A stretch of DNA of 64,000 nt from Coleofasciculus sp. B1-GNL1-01 (GTDB lineage: Bacteria; Cyanobacteriota; Cyanobacteriia; Cyanobacteriales; Coleofasciculaceae), in the NCBI GenBank assembly GCA_040220235.1, contig JAVJTO010000102.1; one strand, 5' to 3'. The translations under genes were made by a program, and so were the position numbers. The notes beneath the pieces were generated by a model. It was not told the DNA's origin, searched no databases, and worked only from the letters and a program-made list of their open reading frames with translations. Shown here piece after piece: positions 1 to 8,439 of this stretch. The number at the start of each line of letters is the position of its first letter. The first letter of the stretch is position 1.

Positions 1-914
1 ATGGGGCGTTAGCGGAACGGGCGATTATTCCCATATTACCGCCGCAAAATGAGTTTCCTTATGTGATTCGGGTGGTATCGGAGGTGCTATCCTCCAATGG
101 TTCAACCTCGATGGGTTCGGTGTGTGGATCGACGCTAGCTTTAATGGATGCTGGGGTGCCAATTACCAAGCCTGTTAGTGGGGCGGCGATGGGATTGATA
201 AAAGAAGGCGATGAAGTCCGCATTCTCACTGATATTCAAGGGATTGAAGACTTTTTAGGCGACATGGACTTCAAAGTCGCGGGAACGGATAGCGGAATTA
301 CCGCGTTACAAATGGACATGAAAATCACCGGGTTGTCCATGGACACCGTTGCTAAAGCGATTGAACAAGCCAAACCAGCGCGACTGCATATTTTAGAAAA
401 GATGCTGGCGACAATTGACAAACCCCGTCCTGATTTGTCGGCGTTTGCGCCACGCTTGTTGACGATGAAGATTGATCCGGACTTAATTGGCTTGGTGATT
501 GGTCCTGGCGGTAAGACGATTAAAGGGATTACCGAACAAACCGGTGCCAAAGTCGATATTGATGATGATGGCACGATTACGGTTTCTGCGGTTGAAGGGG
601 AAAAGGCAAAGAAAGCGATTACCCTGATTCACGGGATGACCCGTCGCTTAGAAGAAGGGGATGTTTATGCAGGGCGCGTGACACGGATTATTCCCATTGG
701 TGCGTTTGTGGAAGTGTTACCGGGGAAAGAGGGAATGATTCATATTTCCCAACTGGCAGATTATCGGGTCGGTAAGGTCGAAGATGAGGTGGCTGTTGGC
801 GATGAAGTGATTGTAAAAGTTCGCGAAATTGACAACAAAGGTCGGATTAATCTGACTCGTTTGGGAATTCATCCCGATGAAGCAGCCGCAGCGCGTGCAG
901 CAGCGACAACTTAG
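1..914 (+). CDS. pnp: Polyribonucleotide nucleotidyltransferase, C-terminal part (runs off window start)
   Basis: The frame is open from base 3 ([10 protein letters not shown]...[18 protein letters not shown]). It shows the [12 protein letters not shown] motif, a KH domain ([10 protein letters not shown]) and an S1 domain (GMIHISQL). Confidence 0.97.
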   Translation, partial: GALAERAIIPILPPQNEFPYVIRVVSEVLSSNGSTSMGSVCGSTLALMDAGVPITKPVSGAAMGLIKEGDEVRILTDIQGIEDFLGDMDFKVAGTDSGITALQMDMKITGLSMDTVAKAIEQAKPARLHILEKMLATIDKPRPDLSAFAPRLLTMKIDPDLIGLVIGPGGKTIKGITEQTGAKVDIDDDGTITVSAVEGEKAKKAITLIHGMTRRLEEGDVYAGRVTRIIPIGAFVEVLPGKEGMIHISQLADYRVGKVEDEVAVGDEVIVKVREIDNKGRINLTRLGIHPDEAAAARAAATT

Positions 915-938
915 ATAGTTTTGGAGTTAGCTGAACGT

Positions 939-1041
939 TAAGCTGTAATGCATTTAAATTGGGTATTAGTAGCGAGCAAGATGCTCGCACTACAAGGATC
1001 TCGCAATTCTTGACATTATGGTTTAAATGCCGAACAGCTTA
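939..1041. mobile_element. MITE-like element (TAAGCTG...CAGCTTA ends) containing a GTAG REP hairpin
   Basis: Terminal inverted repeats, internal gtagcgagcaagatgctcgcactac, and an inverted homolog at 8149-8279. Confidence 0.7.
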
Positions 1042-1073
1042 AGTCAATTGTCAGTAAGCCTCAGCATCCGCCA

Positions 1074-1333
1074 AGAACTCAAGTTCTTGGCTAAAAGCTT
1101 AAGTCCATTAAAATAGACTAAAACTCTGATCCAGTCCGCTCAATTCTGACTTGAGTAGGGTGGGCATTGCCCACCAACCTTAAGTCGAATGCCACTGAAT
1201 TTAGAGTTTGTAGTCAGCGCTGTCCTCGCTTCTGGCACGCTTCGTGCCTACTAAGAACCCAGCTTAAGTCAGTGACTTCAGTCCATTAAAATGGACTCAA
1301 ACTCTGATCCAGTCCACTCGATTCTGACTTAAG
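1074..1333. repeat. Repeat cluster: two ~55 bp direct copies plus REP hairpins
   Basis: agtccattaaaatRgact..aactctgatccagtccRctc..ttctgactt occurs at ~1102 and ~1280. gtagggtgggcattgcccacc is at 1155. Bases 1074-1112 match the elements at 38859 and 40116 in reverse orientation. Confidence 0.7.
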
Positions 1334-1408
1334 CGTTTGCCCTTGGGTTTCAACCCAAGGCAATTTCAAGCAAGTGATACAAGATCTGATTCTTCGCTGA
1401 TTATCTTG

Positions 1409-2116
1409 ATGAACGATATCTATGGTGGCAAAACTCCCAGAGATATCCCCAACTACAGCATTGGGGACACCGCCCGCTACCTGAAAATTCCCGCCGCAAC
1501 GATTCGTTCTTGGACAGTAGGACGAAACTATCCTGTCAGCGAAGGCGAAAAGAAATTTTATCCCCTGATTGAGGTCAAAAAAAGCCAACCGATTCGACTG
1601 AGTTTTACTAATTTAATTGAAGTTCATATCCTGCGGGCAATCCGAAAACACCACAAAATTGACCTGGATAAAGTTAGAGCGACACTAGATTATATTGACG
1701 AACAACTGCAAATCCCTCACCCCCTCGCCCACCAAGAATTCCAGACGGATGGAATTGACCTATTTATTGAACGCTACGGTTCTCTAATTAACACGTCAAA
1801 ACAAGGGCAGACAAATCTCAAAGATGCCCTCAAAACCCACCTTGAACGCATCGAACTCGACGACAGGGGTTTAGCCATCAAACTCTATCCCTTTACCCGC
1901 AACGGCGAACAGGATAATCCTCGCTGGGTTGTGATTGACCCGCGTATTGCCTTCGGGCGTCTTGTGATTGCAGGAACTGGAATTCCCACCAGCATCCTCG
2001 CCGAACGCTATAAAGCTGGGGATTCCATCGATGATTTGGCTTATGATTATGATTGCGATCGCCTGAAAATTGAAGAAGCGATTCGCTGTGAAATGGATAA
2101 TCAAAAAGCTGCATGA
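1409..2116 (+). CDS. DUF433-domain antitoxin (VapB45-like, N-terminal HTH)
   Basis: YSIGDTARYLKIPAATIRSW is an HTH and IDPRIAFGRLVIAGTGIPT is DUF433. ATG 1409 is preferred over TTG 1337, which lies in a repeat. ATGA overlap with the next gene. Confidence 0.85.
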   Translation: MNDIYGGKTPRDIPNYSIGDTARYLKIPAATIRSWTVGRNYPVSEGEKKFYPLIEVKKSQPIRLSFTNLIEVHILRAIRKHHKIDLDKVRATLDYIDEQLQIPHPLAHQEFQTDGIDLFIERYGSLINTSKQGQTNLKDALKTHLERIELDDRGLAIKLYPFTRNGEQDNPRWVVIDPRIAFGRLVIAGTGIPTSILAERYKAGDSIDDLAYDYDCDRLKIEEAIRCEMDNQKAA

Positions 2117-2547
2117 GTGAACCGTCAACAGAAATCGTCTTCTTCATCGACAGATGTTTAGGAAAACGGTATATTGTCGAAGCCCTCAAAGACACTGGAA
2201 TTACTGTCGAAATCCATGACGATCACTTTCCTCAAGCAGCCCAAGATGTAACCTGGATGCCAGAAGTCGGAAAAAGGGGCTGGATTATTCTCACCAAAGA
2301 TGCCGCGATTGGGAGAAATCAACTGGAACGTCAAGCTGTCGCCTATGCAGGAATTCGTATGTTTGCCCTTGCCTCTCAAAATCTTTCGGGAAGAGAAATG
2401 GCTGAAATTTTTAGAGTTGCCATCCTCGAAATGCAGAAATTCATTGAAAAGAATCCAGCCCCCTTCATTGCTAAAGTCTATCGAGAAGGTAAAGTAAAAT
2501 CCTGGAAAACTCAAGCTGATCTCTTGGCAGAACTAGAAAAGGATTGA
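2113..2547 (+). CDS. VapC45-type PIN-like toxin
   Basis: FFIDRCLG...HDDHF...D..W...VGKRGWIILTKD motifs; translationally coupled to the DUF433 gene. Confidence 0.85.
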   Translation: MSEPSTEIVFFIDRCLGKRYIVEALKDTGITVEIHDDHFPQAAQDVTWMPEVGKRGWIILTKDAAIGRNQLERQAVAYAGIRMFALASQNLSGREMAEIFRVAILEMQKFIEKNPAPFIAKVYREGKVKSWKTQADLLAELEKD

Positions 2548-2558
2548 ACTTCACTTAA

Positions 2559-5500
2559 CTAATTAGAAATGCCGTCGCAGAGAGCGCGATCGCTTTCTCT
2601 CACGTTCGGGTTAGTCTTAAGGTAGTCTCGCGCCAAATTACACCCCTTTACTAGTAACTCATCTAAATCCAGACTCCACAGTTTAATTGTATTATCACCA
2701 CTTCCAGAGGCTAAGGTTTTTCCATCGGGGCTAAAACTTACACTCTTGACCCATGAATCATGTTCATTAAGGGTGGCAGTCGCTTCGCCTGTTTCTAAAT
2801 TCCACAGTTTAATTGTATTATCATCACTTCCAGAGGCTAAGGTTTGCCCATCGGGGCTGAAACTTACACTATTGAGCGATGAATCATGTCCATTGAGGGT
2901 GGTAATTGCTTCCCCTGTTTCTAGATTCCATAGTTTGATTGTATTATCACCACTTCCAGAGGCTAAGGTTTTCCCATCGGGGCTGAAACTTACACTATTG
3001 ACCAATGAATCATGTCCATTGAGGGTGGTAATCGCTTCCCCTGTTTCTAGCTTCCACAGTTTTATTGTATTATCGTAACTTCCAGAGGCTAAGGTTTTCC
3101 CATCGGGGCTGAAACTTACACTACTGATCCATGAATCATGTCCTTCTAGACGGTTGTATTCCCTCACAGGATTAACTGCCTGCCTAAGTACATTTGCAAC
3201 TCGTACTTTTGTCGCATGATCAAGCTGTTTCTCAGATATCTGTTTCAGTGGTATTCCTGCCTGTAAAGCAGCTATCAGTGCATCAAATATTTTATCCTGG
3301 TTGAAAAGTTCCTCTGCATATCGACTGAGACTATCACTTTGACCAATTTGAAGTTTTTCAGCTCGCCGCCTTTGAGATTCAGCTTGCCAAGTTAATCCAG
3401 CTAATCCAAATACAGCCACTACTGAACCCACTAATGCTATCCTAATAAACCGATTAAATCGTTGTTCACCAATTTGACGTTTCTCTTTCTCTATTGTTAA
3501 TTCTTCTAAAAGTTTAGTCGTCTGATTTTGTCGAATAAAGGGAACTAAATAATCGTGAACCAATTGATAACGGTCATCAGGAGATTCTGGTATCCGTACC
3601 ACTAACCCAGAATCCACTAAAATCGGTAAAACTAAATCATCTAATTGACGCCTTTTAACCTGTAACCCTGCGGCGGCTAAATCTTGGCTCAACTCACTGC
3701 GAGTCTTCAGGGGACGAGTTAGATTTTCAGCGGTTAGCCAATATAAAACCAGTCGAGTAATTCTGTCATTCTCTTGACCACAGTCTTTAATAACTCCCTC
3801 TAAATAGTGGTTGACCAATACTTCTTTAGGATTTTCACCTAGTCCTCGATACTGTTCTAGCCGAGTAATCTTCTTGTCCTGAAACTGTGCGCCAACTATC
3901 TGCAATTCAATCGGACGGACTGAATCCAACTCAATGGCTAAATCCTTAACCAGTTCCGTGATTAATCCAGGTTCTAAATAAAACTGGGAGCGTTGGGTTA
4001 ACCGTTCAATCACTAACCTGGCTTCCTCTGGGGTAAAGTTACCTAAATAACAGAGAATATCCTTATCTAAAATATTATGGTTGATGGCTCCCAGATAGTT
4101 CAGGCGATTACACTCTAATAGATAATGGAGATAGTCTTCTCGTAGAGACAGAATCAGTTTCACAAAGGGAATATCCAGGCAATCCGCCAAAAAACGATAA
4201 AATTCCTGTCGTTTTCCTGGGTCTTTAGCAATAAAGAAAAACTCTTCAAACTGGTCAAATATCAGAACCGTTACCCGGTTACGGTCTGCATTAGTCCGCA
4301 ATTGTTGGATAATGACTGCTGTTGAATTTAATGTTTCCCCTAATGCTTCTGCCAAACCCGTCCCCAAGGTTTCCACCCAATTGGTATAAATCCTGAGAAC
4401 CACAGGGAAAGCTTCGCGCTCTCCAATCAACTGTTGTCTCAACGCTGGAACTAATCCCGCCTGGATAATTGAACTTTTACCGACACCGGATTGACCATGA
4501 ATAATCGTGAGTTTATGGTCATTTCGACGGATTCGTTGGATTAACTCTTTGATCAACTTTTCTCGACCAGAAGCAGCGATTTCTTGGGCAATAATCGCTT
4601 GTTTATCCGTTGATGTCTCTGCCACATTAATCAACTGCTTTTTCGCTTGGAGATGAGACGCTCCCGCAAACGCCTGAAATCCATATTGATATTCAATCGA
4701 CCGTTTAGTTTGCTTCAGTTCAAATGCCTTCCGGTATTCTCCTTGCTCAAAATAAAGAGAGCGCAACATTGCCAAACTCTTGATATAAAGTTGAGGATCA
4801 TAGTCTGGCTGATTTCCCTCTATCCCTTGTTCTAAATGAGCAATCGCCGCTTTAATTTCCCCTAAAGACTGACAAGCACTGGCTAAAATAAAATGATAAA
4901 ACGTCTGTTCACGCGGATGACGTTCAGGACTTTGATTTAAAAGCGTCAGTGCCTGTTGAGCCAATTGTTTTGCCTCTTGCCAGCGCGACTGCTTCAGCGC
5001 TACTTCTGCTAACATTCCATAATCTTGAGCCACTTGTAGAGACGTGCCATACTGCTGATGCAACCTTTGAGCTGATTCAGCCAAATGCCTTAAATCATCC
5101 CAGTCTTGTAATTGTCGCAGAACTTCGGCAAAGTGGTGAATCGTTGAGGCAATTAAATCAAATCGTTGACCTTCAGCAAATTTCTGAATCGATTCCTGAA
5201 AATAATTTCTGCTTGTGCGCCAATCCTGCTCATCCTTCCCTGAATTTTGTTCAGCTTTGCGGGAATAACAGAGAGCGATATGTAAAAACAAAATACCCTG
5301 GCGTTCTAATTCCTCAGTATGGGCATCTATCAGCACATCCCGACAAGTCTGATAATGGGCTAATGCTTCATCAAATCGATGATGCTTAAAATCATTGAAG
5401 CCGCGCACAAATTCCAGATTAGCTGCCAACTCTGGCGCTATCTCTTGCCCTCGCTTTTGTAACGCTGTCCAGGCTAATTCAAGTTCATCATAATTGTCCA

Positions 5501-6026
5501 AAGAAACCGTTAAATCAGCCCTAAAGAGTTTCTCAGTTTCCTGGGTTAGAAATTCCAGCAATTCCGCCGTTGTCCATTGAAACTCAACCGTCGTCGCCCA
5601 GCTTTCCAAATCAGGCGCTACCCGAATCAACCTTTGCCAAACCGGATCATTCATCCAGAGAATCAGAGGAAAAGAAAAATTATGACTCAACTCCTCTCGG
5701 ATATAATTACTGGATTTGAAAACATCAGTGAGATTCCTAACCGACTCTAAACCCAATACAATGACAGCCTGAGGTGTTTCATCTGCCAATTCTGTCTTAA
5801 TAAACCTGTAGAGAGACTTCACCGACTCTGCCAAAACCAACTCGCGAATCGGCACCGGAGATACTTCTCGCAGACTTTGCACCATGCGCTGTCGTAATTC
5901 CCCATAATTACAGCGCACCAAAATCAGGCGAAACTGTCCCTGGGATAGCCGAAGCGATCGCACGAGGGCATTTAACGACTTCTGGTTATCCGCTATACTA
6001 TCATCTGGCTGGGGCGTATGAGTCAT
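2559..6026 (-). CDS. NLR-like protein: degenerate NTPase-like N-domain, TPRs, STAND (nSTAND1-like) NTPase, TM helix, 4 WD40 repeats
   Basis: Walker A GQSGVGKSS, Walker B VLIFDQFEEFF, LSLREDY, hydrophobic IALVGSVVAVFGLAGLTW, and GHDS..SVSFSPDGKTLASGS.DNTIKLW x4. Confidence 0.9.
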   Translation of the reverse strand: MTHTPQPDDSIADNQKSLNALVRSLRLSQGQFRLILVRCNYGELRQRMVQSLREVSPVPIRELVLAESVKSLYRFIKTELADETPQAVIVLGLESVRNLTDVFKSSNYIREELSHNFSFPLILWMNDPVWQRLIRVAPDLESWATTVEFQWTTAELLEFLTQETEKLFRADLTVSLDNYDELELAWTALQKRGQEIAPELAANLEFVRGFNDFKHHRFDEALAHYQTCRDVLIDAHTEELERQGILFLHIALCYSRKAEQNSGKDEQDWRTSRNYFQESIQKFAEGQRFDLIASTIHHFAEVLRQLQDWDDLRHLAESAQRLHQQYGTSLQVAQDYGMLAEVALKQSRWQEAKQLAQQALTLLNQSPERHPREQTFYHFILASACQSLGEIKAAIAHLEQGIEGNQPDYDPQLYIKSLAMLRSLYFEQGEYRKAFELKQTKRSIEYQYGFQAFAGASHLQAKKQLINVAETSTDKQAIIAQEIAASGREKLIKELIQRIRRNDHKLTIIHGQSGVGKSSIIQAGLVPALRQQLIGEREAFPVVLRIYTNWVETLGTGLAEALGETLNSTAVIIQQLRTNADRNRVTVLIFDQFEEFFFIAKDPGKRQEFYRFLADCLDIPFVKLILSLREDYLHYLLECNRLNYLGAINHNILDKDILCYLGNFTPEEARLVIERLTQRSQFYLEPGLITELVKDLAIELDSVRPIELQIVGAQFQDKKITRLEQYRGLGENPKEVLVNHYLEGVIKDCGQENDRITRLVLYWLTAENLTRPLKTRSELSQDLAAAGLQVKRRQLDDLVLPILVDSGLVVRIPESPDDRYQLVHDYLVPFIRQNQTTKLLEELTIEKEKRQIGEQRFNRFIRIALVGSVVAVFGLAGLTWQAESQRRRAEKLQIGQSDSLSRYAEELFNQDKIFDALIAALQAGIPLKQISEKQLDHATKVRVANVLRQAVNPVREYNRLEGHDSWISSVSFSPDGKTLASGSYDNTIKLWKLETGEAITTLNGHDSLVNSVSFSPDGKTLASGSGDNTIKLWNLETGEAITTLNGHDSSLNSVSFSPDGQTLASGSDDNTIKLWNLETGEATATLNEHDSWVKSVSFSPDGKTLASGSGDNTIKLWSLDLDELLVKGCNLARDYLKTNPNVRESDRALCDGISN
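2670..3150 (-). repeat. Four near-identical 126-bp WD40-coding repeats
   Basis: ccagaggctaaggtt recurs at 2704, 2830, 2956 and 3082. Confidence 0.92.
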
Positions 6027-6109
6027 GGATCAATTTTATGCGATTCGCGTGCATCTTAACCGCGTAAATTCTCTAATCTTCATCTTAATCCCTAAATTCC
6101 GTCAATTTC

Positions 6110-6390
6110 GTAGGGTGCGTTAGCGAAAGCGTAACGCACCGAATTCTACCCAATCTAAAACGCACCGCATCCTACCCAATCCTCAACGCACCGCATCCGC
6201 TACTCATCCCAAATTCCCCCAGGCAAATCAGGAACTTCACTCACCCCCCAATTTTGCGAATAAATCCCCTGTGCCATCAACCGATGAAGACTAGAAAATT
6301 CCCACTCCTGGAGAACAGAACACAATCCATGTTTTACCGGATTATAGTCCAAGATTATTTGGTGCGTTACGCTTCGCTAACGCACCCTAC
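6110..6390. mobile_element. REPIN-like element: inverted GTAG REPs enclosing a RAYT fragment
   Basis: gtagggtgcgttagcgaaagcgtaacgcacc (6110-6140) and ggtgcgttacgcttcgctaacgcaccctac (6361-6390). Confidence 0.8.
6200..6349 (-). pseudogene. C-terminal fragment of a REP-associated tyrosine transposase (RAYT)
   Basis: Manual translation gives DYNPVKHGLCSVLQEWEFSSLHRLMAQGIYSQNWGVSEVPDLPGGIWDE*, matching the RAYT YNPVKHG..W..SS.H....G.Y...WG signature. No start codon and no HUH motif. Confidence 0.8.
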
Positions 6391-6484
6391 AATTACTACA
6401 ATTACTTGTTTCTTGCTCCCCTCTCCCCAAGGGTGGGAGAGGGGCTGGGGGTGAGGGGTTGAGCTTAAATAACATCATTGAACT

Positions 6485-7777
6485 CTACAATTCTGCGGCT
6501 TCCGCCAACATGGGATTAATGTCAAACCAAGACCCCTGAGAATCTCGATATTCAAAGACGAACATATCGCGAATCAAAATTTGATATTTCTCTTCTCCTC
6601 TTAAACTTTTCTGCTGCGCTACCTCCCGCAAATAGATCCACTCATCCTCGGTAATGGCTAAGGTTAATTCATTTCGCCGAAACCGAATAATATCTTCAAG
6701 ACAATCTCGTGAAAAGGGTGGATCATCTCGCTCAAGACATCGGTTGATTAGCATGAGTAATTGCCGTGCGTGTCCACCACTGATTTGACACAATCGTTTT
6801 AACGTATCGGGATGATCAAAGAGTTCTGATATCGAATCTAGGCGCTGAACCGGATTCATATCTGGAAACGCCCTCGCTAATACCATTTGTTGCAGCAGCG
6901 CTATCCCTTCTTGACATTCACCTCCTTGGCGCAATTGCACGGGAACCATGGGTAATATTTTGGGATCAACGCCAAATCGATTGGTTAATCGTCCCAAAGC
7001 ATTGGAAAAAATCAAGAATAAGGGAATGGTATAAACAACGTGACAATTCAGTTGTTTTAATTGTTCGCCTCGGTCTACAAATAGGTAAACAGGCTGAAGC
7101 TCACCTGTGGGTTTAATCGTGTTATCCAAGCGGTCAAGATTATCGATAATTACCACTAATCCTTTTTTGCCAATTCGCTTCAGTTTCTCCGTAGCAGGTG
7201 TTAAGAGTTCCTGATTAATTGCCTTTAAAATCCCATTGGTGCGCGGTTCTAAATACTGGCGTAACTGAGAACGCAGCCGGGGGCTGTCTTTCATCTTGGT
7301 GGTAATTTCAGCAATTCCCCCAGGTAGGGAAAACTTGGCTTCGGATAACTCGATGGGGGTTTGCAAGAAATCGCCCATCTCGCGAAACAGGTTGACAAAA
7401 TAGGCGGGTTGTAGTTTGATTTTAACCGCTTCCAAACTTTCTGCCACCGATCGCGCGATCGCGAGTAGGATATCTGTCACGTCAACGTCTGCCATTTCTA
7501 AGACGTGGCTAGACTCAAAATACACAACATGACAGCCCTGTTTCTCTAATCCCAGCTTGAGTTGCTGCAATTCCGTAGACTTGCCACAACCGATATGTCC
7601 GGTAAATAATTGGCAGGTTGGTTTATTGGGAGATAGTCGAGTAATAGTTCTACCGATCTCCTTAATCGTATTACCGCCACGCACCGAGGAAAAATCGATA
7701 TAATACTTCTGATCCTGGGGATTGGCAAATTTCAGGGGACTTGGGTTACAGGCTTGATAGAACTGCGCGATATCCAT
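6485..7777 (-). CDS. P-loop/AAA-family ATPase
   Basis: Walker A GHIGCGKSTEL and Walker B VVIIDNLDR; 430 aa. Confidence 0.88.
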   Translation of the reverse strand: MDIAQFYQACNPSPLKFANPQDQKYYIDFSSVRGGNTIKEIGRTITRLSPNKPTCQLFTGHIGCGKSTELQQLKLGLEKQGCHVVYFESSHVLEMADVDVTDILLAIARSVAESLEAVKIKLQPAYFVNLFREMGDFLQTPIELSEAKFSLPGGIAEITTKMKDSPRLRSQLRQYLEPRTNGILKAINQELLTPATEKLKRIGKKGLVVIIDNLDRLDNTIKPTGELQPVYLFVDRGEQLKQLNCHVVYTIPLFLIFSNALGRLTNRFGVDPKILPMVPVQLRQGGECQEGIALLQQMVLARAFPDMNPVQRLDSISELFDHPDTLKRLCQISGGHARQLLMLINRCLERDDPPFSRDCLEDIIRFRRNELTLAITEDEWIYLREVAQQKSLRGEEKYQILIRDMFVFEYRDSQGSWFDINPMLAEAAEL

Positions 7778-7782
7778 GAATT

Positions 7783-7970
7783 TAAGTGGGTGGACACAAT
7801 TAAAGTTAACGGTTGAGATCAGGGAATAGGGAATACCTCGGTTTCGCTCGGTAACACGCTCGGTAACACGCTCGGTAACACGCTCGGTGTGTCACAGGGA
7901 ACAGTAAGGGTTTGAGGGTGATTTACTTGCACTTGTCAGAGCGTGCCGCTTTCTTTTGTCTGACTACTTA
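7783..7970. mobile_element. MITE (TAAGTRG...CTACTTA) with internal tandem repeats
   Basis: Terminal inverted repeats, internal gggaata heptamers and cgctcggtaaca x3. Relatives at ~8352, ~21690, 30531 and 38241. Confidence 0.7.
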
Positions 7971-8148
7971 TTCGTTGAACCATAACCTTATTCACCTTTG
8001 ACCATTTACAGGAAAAAACTGTATTAGGTAGAGTTTACACCAGTGGAGAATTGGACATCAACGTCGCGTTTATTTAAATAATATATGCCGTTCGTAGGGG
8101 CGCAAAGGCTTGCGCCCTTTATAAAATGTTACGAACGAACCCGATTAA

Positions 8149-8279
8149 TAAGCTATTCGGCATTTAAACCTTAATGTCAATAATGGCAAAATCATTGCCG
8201 TAGTGCGTTTAGCGAAGCCATGCCGCAGGCTTTGCATCTTGCTCGCTACCCATTCCCAATTTCAATGCATGACAGCTTA
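8149..8279. mobile_element. Inverted copy of the 939-1041 MITE with a 26-nt insertion
   Basis: Aligns to the reverse complement of 939-1041 except for tttagcgaagccatgccgcaggcttt at 8208-8233. Confidence 0.72.
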
Positions 8280-8439
8280 TCGGTGGGTTACGGCGGATAG
8301 TTCATTAATCATTATCGCCTGAATTTAAGTCCTGCCTAACCCACCCTACGCAACTAATTAAGTTATACAAACAACCATCAAACCCTTACAAATGACGAAT
8401 GACGATCTCCACCGTTAACTTTAATTATCCCCACCTATA

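Noticed and set aside
2670..3150. Diversity-generating retroelement target
   Set aside because: No reverse transcriptase or separate template repeat in the window, and the variation is not evidently adenine-specific.
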